A stretch of DNA of 61,857 nucleotides, counting the filler. It is 7 parts of 7 records of this genome, joined end to end, with 100 filler letters (N's around TTAATTAATTAA, not from the genome) between each part and the next. Parts side by side here need not be neighbours in the genome. Positions count along the whole stretch, not along the records: positions 6,586 to 20,673 come from SRR31156797_27565; 6 more parts are not named here. One strand, given 5' to 3'. The notes under the pieces are model-generated. The model was not told the DNA's origin. It worked only from the letters and a program-made list of their open reading frames with translations, and did not search any database. Below, piece after piece: positions 6,792 through 16,290 of this stretch (its first letter is position 1; each line of letters starts with the position of its first letter). The position numbers and the translations under genes are program-made.

Positions 6792-9700
6792 TTACTCAAC
6801 TGATCTATCCCCCAGGTTACCGTATCTATGGTAATTATCGCAGATTGACTGCTGCTGAAAATACTGAAGCAACTCCAAACGCCCTTCCATAAGTACAGGT
6901 GCCCTTGAAATATAAAAACCGACTTTGGCAGCAGCAGTAAACACTTCTACCGGCACTCGGTCCTGATCTGCATACCGGATACGATCAATCTCTCCCATTC
7001 GACCTGCCAGCTCTCCATCAGTTTCACGTAGGACCCTGACTTCCTGTAAAAGCTGTTTTCCATAGTGGGTTTCCAAAAACCTGGTCACACTATTTTCTAA
7101 CGTGGATGGTATACTCAGGGTTGTACAGCACCTTGCCACCCTGGAAGCTGCAACACGAGCAAAGGTATCAAACGGTGAGTCTTCAGAGTGAACACGGATT
7201 ACCATGTTGCGAATCGGGCGGTAACGCAGAATATTATCTTGCCCCCGGAGATGAAAATAATCCTGCTCCTGGCCGAAACGCGCCTCCATATTATAAAGAT
7301 AGCTGTTGATGGCACTGATCAGTTTTTCCAGGTCCTCTTTAATATCAGCCATTTTTCCCCACTGAATCAGCTTACGCCATTCCTGCGCCAGCTGCAGCAG
7401 CTGGTAGTCCTGATCCAGACGTTGCTCAGCCGGATGCGCAACCTCTTCAAAATCCATGAACTGGGCAACATAGTCAGGGCTTCCCGCCTTGAGTCCAGGG
7501 CCCAGTGCGGATTTCCCCATCCCGCCAAATGGCTGACGCAAAACAATGGCCCCGGTTGTTCCACGGTTTACGTACAGGTTACCGGCGAATATCTGTTCTT
7601 TCCACACTTCCTGCTCCCGGTGGTCCAGGGTCTCAATACCTGAGGTCAGGCCATACCCGGTCTGGTTGACCAGGGAGATGGCATGTTCCAAATTTTCAGC
7701 CCGCATGACGCCAAGCAGCGGTCCGAAAAACTCTGTCATGTGAGTGTAACTACCCGGCTGAACCCCATACTTAATCCCTGGAGACCAGATAAAAGGATTA
7801 TCATCAACCATCCCCGGCACCAGCGCCCATTCCTCACCCGAATCCAAGGTTGTGAGACCCCGCTTGAGATCTCCACTGGGCGGTTTAACCAAAGTTGCAA
7901 TCTTGCTGCTGAACGTCCATGCAGAGCCAACCTTCCAACTTGCTGCGGCATCAACCAGTTGCTGTCTGAAATGTGGATCATCATAGATGGTCTTCTCCAG
8001 TACAAGCAGGCTGGTTGCACTGCATTTCTGGCCGCAGTTACTGAAAGCTGAATGAATAACATTTTTAATGGCCTGGTCGCGATCAGCCATGTCGGTAACA
8101 ATGGTAGCATTTTTACCGCCGGTTTCCGCTGCAAGGTAGACTCCCGGAGTCTGCTCCAAAATCTGGAGCCCAGTATCTGTCCCACCAGTTAAAATAATGA
8201 AATCCACATCCTCACTTGCCGTTAACAGCGGCCCGACCTTTGCACCCGAACAGGGTACAAACTGGAGGGTATTTTTAGAAATACCTGCACGCCAGAAACA
8301 CTGGCAAAGTTTCCATGCCGTCATTACCGCGTCCGATGCAGGTTTAAACACAACCGTGTTGCCTGCTGCCAGCGCAGTAACCACTCCTCCGCATGGGATG
8401 GCAATGGGAAAGTTCCATGGAGAAATAACCAACCCGACGCCCTGTCCTTTGGTTTCTATGTTCTCAATATCGTCAAGTTGACTTGCGGTCAGAGGATAAT
8501 ACTCGGCAAAATCAATAGCCTCGGACACCTCCACATCTCCTTCCATGAAGATCTTACCAGTGTCTCCGGCTGCCGTACCCAACAATTCTCCTCGGGCTGC
8601 CCGCAGTTCAAAGGAAACCTTGGAAAGTGCCTCATGCCGCTCCTGAGCACTCAATTTTCGCCAACCGTCGGGATCCTGCTTTGCCGTGGCAATGGCCTTG
8701 AGCGCATCCTCTTCATTTGCCATGGCAAATTTGGCCACACATACTTTTTCCTGAGGCTGGTTGGGGTCGATCACTTCCTTGGTAACGCGCCCCTCATATA
8801 ACTCCTCTCCTCCAATGACCACTGGAATCCGGATGGGCGTGTTACCTGCTGATTTCTTATATTCATCTCGAATACCCTCAGCCCATTTTCGATTAGCCGC
8901 CAAAGCCCAATCCGTATCTGCCTCGTTGACAAATCGGTTGGAATAATACGTGGAAGCGGACGCCGGAAAGGTTTCCATTGACCGATCCTGGATTCGGTTG
9001 GGCCCGTCCTGGGCGAGTTCCTGATGGGCACAAGAGCTAAGAAAACTCCCTTTAAGATAGGCCCATTCATTGGAACCTACTGAAAGATCAGGTGAATAAC
9101 GCAGAAAATTTTCAGGCGCGGTATTTTCATCCAGCCGACGAATGAGATAGGCAATGGCATTAATGAACTCATCTTTCGAGGCCACAGGAGCATAAAGCAG
9201 AACATCACCGTCTCCCTCACTGAGTGCCCGACGTACATGATCAGCCATGCCCTCAAGCATTTCAAAATAAAAATAGGGGTTCAGATTATTTTCCCTGGCC
9301 AGTACCGCTGCATAGGCAAGTTCAAAAAGATTGTGGGAAGCTACCCCAAGATTAACGGCCTTAATATTTTCCTCTTCCATCCCATAGGTGACCATTCGCT
9401 TATAATTAGCATCCACCTCAAGCTTGTTATCGTATGGGGCAAGGGGCCAATTAAAGAGAGCCGACTCCAGTTTCTCCATTTCCATATTAGCGCCTTTTAC
9501 GATTCTCAACTTGACCGGCGCACCCCCGTTTGCAACTCTCTCTTTTGCCCAGTTGGTTAATTTTCGCTGCATCCCGAAACTGTCGGGCAGGTAGGCCTGG
9601 AGCACGATCCCACCGGAATAATCTTTAAACTCCTCTTCGTTCAAAGTCTCAGTAAAGGCGGCATAAGTAATTTCCAGATCCCTATACTCCTCCATATCCA

Positions 9701-10391
9701 GGTTAACAAACTTAGGCACCTGCGTTCCGTCGGAACGAGTGAAATAATTTACCTTGGCTACTCGGTAGATCGCGGCCAGCCTTTCTTTTAAAATTGCTAC
9801 TGTCTCATCAAGGGCCAGCGAATTGATCTGCGAATAAATGGTAGAAATCTTAATTGAAATATACTCAACATCAGGATCTTCCATATCTTTGATATAGGTT
9901 TCCAGGCGATGCCCTGCCTCCTTTTCACCAAGAACCGCCTCCCCGAGATGATTTATGTTCATCCGGATGCCCTGCCCTTTGCGCTTCTGTAGATGAGCAT
10001 GCAACTCTTTATGTTCTCCAGGAATAATAGCCCGACTGCTGCCAGCCCGCATCTGGTCGATCATGGTAGGAACAGCCAGCGAGGAAAAATGTTTGCCCAC
10101 CCCTTTAAACATCTGGATAAAAAGCTTTTCGATACGACTGAAAAACTCAGGAACCCCTTCCACATCAATCAAATGACTCATTTGATCAGCAACCCGTTTG
10201 GAGTTGTGAGATCGAAAGCTCTGATCGATCATTTTACTGAGAAGCACCTTGTCATTGGGATTAGTCAGGAGCCGTTTCATCTGGTCCTGAATATGCTTCT
10301 CTTCTTTGGTTAACAGTTCATTGGCTCGGTTCTGCCATGATTCTGCCAATGCAACGGCTTGAGCATAAATCTCTTCATTGTGAGTAGCCAT
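6792..10391 (-). CDS. putA: Bifunctional proline dehydrogenase / glutamate-5-semialdehyde (P5C) dehydrogenase
   Basis: PRODH motifs NLDMEEY, LQAYL, RIVKGAN, ASHNLF, EMLEGMA, YLIRRLDEN; ALDH motifs SPWNFP, AETGGKN, GQKCSA, EFFGP. Confidence 0.96.
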   Translation of the reverse strand: MATHNEEIYAQAVALAESWQNRANELLTKEEKHIQDQMKRLLTNPNDKVLLSKMIDQSFRSHNSKRVADQMSHLIDVEGVPEFFSRIEKLFIQMFKGVGKHFSSLAVPTMIDQMRAGSSRAIIPGEHKELHAHLQKRKGQGIRMNINHLGEAVLGEKEAGHRLETYIKDMEDPDVEYISIKISTIYSQINSLALDETVAILKERLAAIYRVAKVNYFTRSDGTQVPKFVNLDMEEYRDLEITYAAFTETLNEEEFKDYSGGIVLQAYLPDSFGMQRKLTNWAKERVANGGAPVKLRIVKGANMEMEKLESALFNWPLAPYDNKLEVDANYKRMVTYGMEEENIKAVNLGVASHNLFELAYAAVLARENNLNPYFYFEMLEGMADHVRRALSEGDGDVLLYAPVASKDEFINAIAYLIRRLDENTAPENFLRYSPDLSVGSNEWAYLKGSFLSSCAHQELAQDGPNRIQDRSMETFPASASTYYSNRFVNEADTDWALAANRKWAEGIRDEYKKSAGNTPIRIPVVIGGEELYEGRVTKEVIDPNQPQEKVCVAKFAMANEEDALKAIATAKQDPDGWRKLSAQERHEALSKVSFELRAARGELLGTAAGDTGKIFMEGDVEVSEAIDFAEYYPLTASQLDDIENIETKGQGVGLVISPWNFPIAIPCGGVVTALAAGNTVVFKPASDAVMTAWKLCQCFWRAGISKNTLQFVPCSGAKVGPLLTASEDVDFIILTGGTDTGLQILEQTPGVYLAAETGGKNATIVTDMADRDQAIKNVIHSAFSNCGQKCSATSLLVLEKTIYDDPHFRQQLVDAAASWKVGSAWTFSSKIATLVKPPSGDLKRGLTTLDSGEEWALVPGMVDDNPFIWSPGIKYGVQPGSYTHMTEFFGPLLGVMRAENLEHAISLVNQTGYGLTSGIETLDHREQEVWKEQIFAGNLYVNRGTTGAIVLRQPFGGMGKSALGPGLKAGSPDYVAQFMDFEEVAHPAEQRLDQDYQLLQLAQEWRKLIQWGKMADIKEDLEKLISAINSYLYNMEARFGQEQDYFHLRGQDNILRYRPIRNMVIRVHSEDSPFDTFARVAASRVARCCTTLSIPSTLENSVTRFLETHYGKQLLQEVRVLRETDGELAGRMGEIDRIRYADQDRVPVEVFTAAAKVGFYISRAPVLMEGRLELLQYFQQQSICDNYHRYGNLGDRSVE

Positions 10392-10436
10392 CCTGAAACT
10401 CCCTTCTCTTTACAAATTACAGGTAAATTAATTAGA

Positions 10437-11159
10437 CTATCGTTTCTTTTTTTTCATATACTCGGCAAAACGACGTACATGCTTCTCCGCCATCCTGCTT
10501 GCAGTTTCACTGTCATGATTGGCGATTGCGGTAACAATAACGCGTAGATCCTGGTAATTTTCTTCCAGTTCATTGGGTCCTGCAAAAAGAAATTTGTCAT
10601 AATAGCGACCAATATTTGTGTGTACACTGGTGAGAACAAAACTATACAGTGGATTACCCGCAATTTTGGCAATGGCTTGATGAATTTTTTCATCCACACG
10701 AACAAAGCTGTCCCATTCTCCTATACCCTGTTCACGGCATTTATTGGCGTCCTGCATCAGCCCTTCAAGCTCTTCGCAGTCTAGAGCAGATGCCCGCTGT
10801 GCTGCCAGCCCGCTAACGGCCCCCTCCACTCCTTCACGAAACTCAGCCAAGTGCTCCAAAGACACAGCATCTGATTGGATGAGCATCGCAAGATTTTCCG
10901 CGATAAGCTCTGCGTTGGCATCCTTGACATAGGCACCGCCACTGGCACCAAGACGTATCTCAATGAGGCTTTTCTGCTCCAATATGCGCAGTGCCTCCCG
11001 CAACGTACCCCTGCTGGTTTGAAACATTTCGCACAGATGTCGCTCCGCAGGCAGCTTATTCCCCCTGGGTATTTCCCCATTAAGAATGGCTGTTTGGATC
11101 TGATCCACGACATCCTGATAAACACGTTTTTGCTCGGCTTTATGGAATATTTTTTTCAT
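10437..11159 (-). CDS. GntR-family (FadR/PdhR subfamily) transcriptional regulator
   Basis: wHTH KLPAERHLCEMFQTSRGTLREAL plus FCD-like C-terminal domain. Confidence 0.92.
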   Translation of the reverse strand: MKKIFHKAEQKRVYQDVVDQIQTAILNGEIPRGNKLPAERHLCEMFQTSRGTLREALRILEQKSLIEIRLGASGGAYVKDANAELIAENLAMLIQSDAVSLEHLAEFREGVEGAVSGLAAQRASALDCEELEGLMQDANKCREQGIGEWDSFVRVDEKIHQAIAKIAGNPLYSFVLTSVHTNIGRYYDKFLFAGPNELEENYQDLRVIVTAIANHDSETASRMAEKHVRRFAEYMKKKKR

Positions 11160-11192
11160 TGGCTGCTTGACAGAAGTAAAATTTTTTATAAC

Positions 11193-11220
11193 ATTATAAT
11201 GGTTAAACCATTGGTGTCAA
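11193..11220 (-). promoter_or_regulatory. Consensus sigma70 promoter of gntR-putA with FadR-type operator in the spacer
   Basis: TTGACA (11220-11215), 16 nt, TATAAT (11198-11193); palindrome AATGGT-TAA-ACCATT at 11198-11212. Confidence 0.75.
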
Positions 11221-11575
11221 TATAATCCGCCTCTAATCTAGACAAAATATTATCAGGTTCAAACAGTACTACAAAGTACTTGTCATGGTAATGGACCAAG
11301 AAGCACATAATCTGGTTTGAAAAAGAGGTGGCGCCAACATTCGCGATGTTTCAACCAAAATGACATATAGGCGAAATTGCAGGGTTCCCCTACAGATAAA
11401 TTTATACAGCAAAAAAGTAAGGAATATAATATCAGTAGAGTCGCTGTGTGCAGTTTACGACAACCTTTTAAGAGCAAAAACCTTATAAATCTGTAGGGAA
11501 GACGAATACTAAATAACAGTACGTTACCAGTTAGGTTGAACTACAGAAAAACAAACACTTGACGTGGAGGAAAGT

Positions 11576-12706
11576 ATGTTGCGAAAAAGAGCTTTGTTTA
11601 TGTCTTTACTGAGTTTTTCCCTTATTGCGGGAACAGTAAATGCCGAAGATGTACTAAAAGTAGGTGTTCAAGCACCCATTACCGGCAGCTATGCCAATGA
11701 AGGACAGGGTATTGAAAACGGTGTTCGCCTGCTGGCCGAACAAATCAATGCCAAAGACGGTGTGCTCGGAAAGAAGATTGAAGTTATCACCTGCGACGAT
11801 CAAGGAACCGCAATGGCAGCAGCGATTTGTGCCAAAGACCTGGTCAACAAAGGCGTCAAAATGGTTATTGGTTCCTACACTTCTACCTGTGCTGAAGCTG
11901 CGCAAAAAACATACTTCAAAGCCGGTGTGCTGCAAACTTCTGACGGCACCGCCGACAGCCTGACCGAAAAGGGCTACTGGACCTTCCTGCGAAACTCCTT
12001 TCCAAACAGTGCGGAAGCAGAATTCGCAGCCAAATACCTGGTTGAAGTCAAAAAGTACCAGCGCATTGTTGTTCTCTCCGATTTCTCCACCTATGCCGAC
12101 GGCCTGGCTAACGCCACTGAAGAGGCAATCAAGAAACTGGGCGGCAACGTTGTTTCACGCGACAAAATCAAAGCTGATTCCCAGAACTTCACCCCAGTAC
12201 TAACCAACATCAAGTCCAAAAATCCTGACGCTATCTTCTTTGCTGGCTACTACTCTGACGGCGGTTTGTTGCGTGCGCAGCAGGTTGCTCTTGGTATCAA
12301 GGCCGACTTCTACGGTGGTGACGCCAACGATAACCCAGACTTTGTCAAGCTGGCTGGTTCCGCCGCCAAGGGCGCTTTCATCATTAACGTTCCTGAGCCT
12401 GCAGCCCTGCCTACCCCAATTGCCAAGTCCTTCATCGCTGATTACCAGAAGAAATACGGTGAAATGCCACCTTCAATCTGGGGCCTGATGAACATCGATG
12501 GTATGCGCGCCATCATCCACGCTATGGAGCAAAACGGCGACTTTGACACCAAAAAAGCCGCTGACTACTTACACAACATGGAAAAGCCGCTGGACGGCAT
12601 CACCGGTTCCATCGCCTTTGCCAAGGATGGAAATCGCAAGGGCGGCGCCTACGTCGTCAAACTCATACAGGAAGACGGCAGCTACTCCAACGAGTACGTT
12701 CAATAA
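11576..12706 (+). CDS. livK: LIV-family amino acid ABC transporter substrate-binding protein
   Basis: Signal peptide; LivJ/K pattern (APITGSYA, INAKDGVLGKKIE, DDQG); GGAGG before ATG 11576. Confidence 0.88.
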   Translation: MLRKRALFMSLLSFSLIAGTVNAEDVLKVGVQAPITGSYANEGQGIENGVRLLAEQINAKDGVLGKKIEVITCDDQGTAMAAAICAKDLVNKGVKMVIGSYTSTCAEAAQKTYFKAGVLQTSDGTADSLTEKGYWTFLRNSFPNSAEAEFAAKYLVEVKKYQRIVVLSDFSTYADGLANATEEAIKKLGGNVVSRDKIKADSQNFTPVLTNIKSKNPDAIFFAGYYSDGGLLRAQQVALGIKADFYGGDANDNPDFVKLAGSAAKGAFIINVPEPAALPTPIAKSFIADYQKKYGEMPPSIWGLMNIDGMRAIIHAMEQNGDFDTKKAADYLHNMEKPLDGITGSIAFAKDGNRKGGAYVVKLIQEDGSYSNEYVQ

Positions 12707-12723
12707 CTGACGCCTCGTAACAC

Positions 12724-12756
12724 GCAAGGGCGGGAGGACTCTTCTCCTGCCCTTGC
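12724..12756 (+). other. Intercistronic hairpin after the binding-protein gene
   Basis: GCAAGGGCGGGAG...CTCCTGCCCTTGC with no U-tract; typical mRNA-stabilising stem. Confidence 0.55.
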
Positions 12757-12881
12757 TGTACCCTACAATCGCCACCAGCAACAACCTGCGCAATCTGCCC
12801 TTCAGGCGCGAGTAGAGGACAAGGCCGCCGCCCTCCCCTGGCTCTAGAAAGGCAGCAGCCATCAACCCCGGAGAAGTTTTT

Positions 12882-13778
12882 ATGGACATTTTTCTGCAAC
12901 AGCTGGCTAACGGCCTGACCATCGGCTCCATGTTTGCCTTGGTCGCGCTCGGCTACACCATGGTCTATGGTGTCATGAAGCTCATCAACTTCGCCCACGG
13001 CGATATGGTCGCGGCCGCTGCCTTTGTCGGCCTGACCATCTATACCCAGGTCATGGGTCAAGCCACATCGCCCTTCGCGGTCATCGCCATTTTCCTGCTC
13101 ACTGCCATTTCCATGGCCTGCATCGGTATTATTTTAGAACGCGTCGCTTACCGCCCGTTACGTACTGCCCCAAGACTCTCGGCCGTTGTCTCGGCCCTAG
13201 GTGCGTCAATGATCATCCAGAACGGCATCATGCTGATCTGGGGACCTCGAATGCGTATATTCCCAGAACTGGTCCCGCAGATTTACTGGGATTTTGGTGG
13301 CGTGGTCATCAGTCTGATCCAGGTCATCATCCTGATCCTCTCCCTGGTGCTGATGGTTGCCCTGTACCTGTTCGTTGAAAAAACCCGTATGGGTGCAGCT
13401 ATTCGGGCATCATCAATCGACCAGGATGCTGCTCGACTCATGGGGATCAACGTCAACAATGTCATCGCCCTGATCTTTATCATCGGGTCATCTCTTGGTG
13501 CTGTAGGCGGACTGTTCATAGGGCTCTACTATCGAGGCATCACTTTCAACATGGGCTGGCAATACGGCCTCTACGCCTTTATCGCTGCGATAATGGGCGG
13601 CATCGGCAATATTCCCGGCGCCATGCTCGGCGGTATGTTGCTCGGCCTGTTCAATGCCTTTATTGCTGGCTATGTTTCCAGTACCTGGGCCGACGCCTTT
13701 ACCTTTATGCTGTTGATCGTAATCCTTATTGTCCGCCCCACCGGTATCCTTGGTGAGCGGGTTGCGGAGAAAGTCTGA
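12882..13778 (+). CDS. livH: LIV ABC transporter permease
   Basis: ALVALGYTMVYGVMKLINFAHG, GGIGNIPGA, RPTGILG. Confidence 0.93.
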   Translation: MDIFLQQLANGLTIGSMFALVALGYTMVYGVMKLINFAHGDMVAAAAFVGLTIYTQVMGQATSPFAVIAIFLLTAISMACIGIILERVAYRPLRTAPRLSAVVSALGASMIIQNGIMLIWGPRMRIFPELVPQIYWDFGGVVISLIQVIILILSLVLMVALYLFVEKTRMGAAIRASSIDQDAARLMGINVNNVIALIFIIGSSLGAVGGLFIGLYYRGITFNMGWQYGLYAFIAAIMGGIGNIPGAMLGGMLLGLFNAFIAGYVSSTWADAFTFMLLIVILIVRPTGILGERVAEKV

Positions 13779-14743
13779 TGGAAAAACTCAAACGTTTCAG
13801 CCTTCCGGCCTTTGTTGTTCTAATGGCAATCCTGCCTCACCTGCTAAATGCTCGCTGGCAGGCGGTCGCCATCACCTTTCTGGTGTTCACAGTCGTAGCC
13901 CTGTCCCAAGACATCATCCTCGGTAAAAGCGGAATGTTCCACATGGGACAAGGGTTGTTTTTCGGTATGGGTGCCTATGCCACGGCTATCCTCAACAACC
14001 AATTCGGCTGGCCGATTCTGGCTACCATACCTGTCGCTATCCTTGTTCCGGCACTGTTTGGCATTTTGCTTGCCGGCCCCATCGTTCACCTGCGTGGCGA
14101 CTACCTGCTAGTGGTCACCATCGGCTTCAACATCGTCTTTGTTCAGGTTCTACAAAATAACCTCGGTGGTATCACCGGTGGCCCCAACGGCATCTTCGGC
14201 ATCGATTCTTTATCCATTTTCGGCACTGATCTGATGAGCCAGATCGCGGTCTACTATTTTGCCTTTGTCGTGCTGCTATTTACCTTCTGGGTCATGCACA
14301 ACCTTGAAGGTAGCAAGGCGGGCCGCGCTCTCCACTATTTACGTGAAGATCCGCTGGCGGCGGAAAGTATCGGCATCAACACCCGCGTGTACAAAATTTT
14401 CGCCTTCAGTCTGGGTGCTGGTCTAGCCGGCCTGGCCGGAACCGTTTTCGCCACCCAGTACTCTGCGGTCAGTCCTGAAGCCTTCGGCTTTATCCAGTCC
14501 GTCCTTTTCTTCAGTATTGTTATCGTCGGCGGTTCTTCCATTCCGGGAATCCTGCTCGGGGTGTTCGTAATGTTCGTTCTGCCAGAAATTTTCCGTGAAT
14601 TTGCGACCTGGCGTTATTTCATCTTCGGTTTTGCAATGATTCTGGCAATGATCCTGCGGCCGCGCGGTATCGTTCCTGCCGCCTTCGGCAAAATCCCAAA
14701 ATTTTTAATCAAGGGAGAGGGAGGTAGTCATGGCGCCGCGTAA
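13778..14743 (+). CDS. livM: LIV ABC transporter permease
   Basis: LRGDYL, TGGPNGI, RPRGI; coupled TGATG overlap. Confidence 0.92.
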   Translation: MEKLKRFSLPAFVVLMAILPHLLNARWQAVAITFLVFTVVALSQDIILGKSGMFHMGQGLFFGMGAYATAILNNQFGWPILATIPVAILVPALFGILLAGPIVHLRGDYLLVVTIGFNIVFVQVLQNNLGGITGGPNGIFGIDSLSIFGTDLMSQIAVYYFAFVVLLFTFWVMHNLEGSKAGRALHYLREDPLAAESIGINTRVYKIFAFSLGAGLAGLAGTVFATQYSAVSPEAFGFIQSVLFFSIVIVGGSSIPGILLGVFVMFVLPEIFREFATWRYFIFGFAMILAMILRPRGIVPAAFGKIPKFLIKGEGGSHGAA

Positions 14744-15509
14744 CGAACTGATCCTGACCAACGTCACCAAGCGCTTCGGCGGCCTGACAGCTGTCGATGA
14801 TCTGACCATGACGGTTGAAGACGGTCAGATCTACGGCATCATCGGTCCCAACGGTGCAGGCAAGACCACGGTCTTCAACTGCATTACCGGTATCTACAAA
14901 TCAGAAGAAGGCTCGGTCAACTGGCGCGGCGAGGAAATTCGCGGCCTGACCCCGTACCAGATTGTCGATCGCGGTATAGTCCGGACCTTCCAGACCATCC
15001 GTCTATTCAGCCAGATGTCAGTGGCCGAGAACATAATGAGTGGCCGCCACATCAAAAGCAAGCAGAGCTGGTGGCACGGTATCATCCCCACGCCAGGTAA
15101 GGCGCGAGATGAGATGGAAAACTGGAAAAAGGTCGAGGAACAGCTCGATTTTTTCAAGTTAGGTGAGTTCGCTGCCACGCCGGTCGGCTCCCTGCCCTAC
15201 GGTATTCAGCGCCGGGTCGAGATAGCCCGGGCCATGGCGGTCAATCCGACTCTGCTGATCCTTGACGAACCGGCTGCCGGGCTCAATGACAAGGAAACTC
15301 TGGGACTACTCGAAATGATCTTCAAGATCCGTGACAAAGGGATCACGGTATTGCTGATTGAACACGACATGGATATGGTAATGGAGGTGACTGACTACCT
15401 GACGGTCATCAACTTCGGGCGCAAGATCGCCGAAGGAACACCGACGGAAATCCAAAAGGACCCGGCCGTTATCGAGGCCTATCTGGGAAGTGAGGATGAC
15501 GATGAGTAA
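14730..15509 (+). CDS. livG: LIV ABC transporter ATP-binding protein
   Basis: GPNGAGKTT, LPYG, LDEPAAG, EAYLG. Confidence 0.93.
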   Translation: MAPRNELILTNVTKRFGGLTAVDDLTMTVEDGQIYGIIGPNGAGKTTVFNCITGIYKSEEGSVNWRGEEIRGLTPYQIVDRGIVRTFQTIRLFSQMSVAENIMSGRHIKSKQSWWHGIIPTPGKARDEMENWKKVEEQLDFFKLGEFAATPVGSLPYGIQRRVEIARAMAVNPTLLILDEPAAGLNDKETLGLLEMIFKIRDKGITVLLIEHDMDMVMEVTDYLTVINFGRKIAEGTPTEIQKDPAVIEAYLGSEDDDE

Positions 15510-16224
15510 CGACGCCCTGTTTGAAATAAAAGACCTCGAAGTCTCGTATGGCAGTATCGCCGCCATCAAGGGGATTTCCCTTGAAGTGCGCAAAGGGGAG
15601 ATCGTCACCATCTTAGGTGCCAATGGGGCCGGTAAAACCACCACCATGCGCACTATCAGCCAGCTGCTCAAGGCCAAGTCGGGCTCAATCAAATTTAAGG
15701 GCCAGGAATTGACTCAGTTGCCAGCGCACAAGATCGTCAAGCTTGGCATCAGCCATTCGCCCGAGGGTCGGCGGGTGTTTGGCATCCTTACGGTGGAAGA
15801 AAACCTAATGCTTGGTGCTTTCAGCCTTAGCAAGATGAACAAAGAAACCCTGCAATGGGTCTATGAGCTATTCCCTCGTCTTAAAGAGCGGCGCAAGCAG
15901 CTGGCTGGCACCCTCTCCGGCGGGGAACAGCAGATGCTCGCCATCGGCCGCTCGTTAATGAGCGACCCTGAAATGTTGTTGCTTGATGAACCTTCTTTGG
16001 GTATAGCCCCCATCTTGGTCAAAGCGATCTACGAACAGATCAAAGAAATTGCCAAAAGGGACGTTACCGTTCTGCTGGTAGAACAGAATGCCAAGGCTGC
16101 CCTCAAACTAGCGGACAGGGGATATGTGCTGGAGGTGGGCAAAATAGTTTTTTCGGGTACCTCTGAGGAACTGCTAGGGTCACCGATAATTCAGGAAGCG
16201 TATCTGGGTAAAAAAAGGCATTGA
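15502..16224 (+). CDS. livF: LIV ABC transporter ATP-binding protein
   Basis: GANGAGKTT, LSGGEQQM, LDEPSLG, VEQN. Confidence 0.93.
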   Translation: MSNDALFEIKDLEVSYGSIAAIKGISLEVRKGEIVTILGANGAGKTTTMRTISQLLKAKSGSIKFKGQELTQLPAHKIVKLGISHSPEGRRVFGILTVEENLMLGAFSLSKMNKETLQWVYELFPRLKERRKQLAGTLSGGEQQMLAIGRSLMSDPEMLLLDEPSLGIAPILVKAIYEQIKEIAKRDVTVLLVEQNAKAALKLADRGYVLEVGKIVFSGTSEELLGSPIIQEAYLGKKRH

Positions 16225-16290
16225 CCTAAATCTACCGCATCAACAAACACTACTATTACAAATAGAACCGGTGTCCATCATGGTGCCGGT

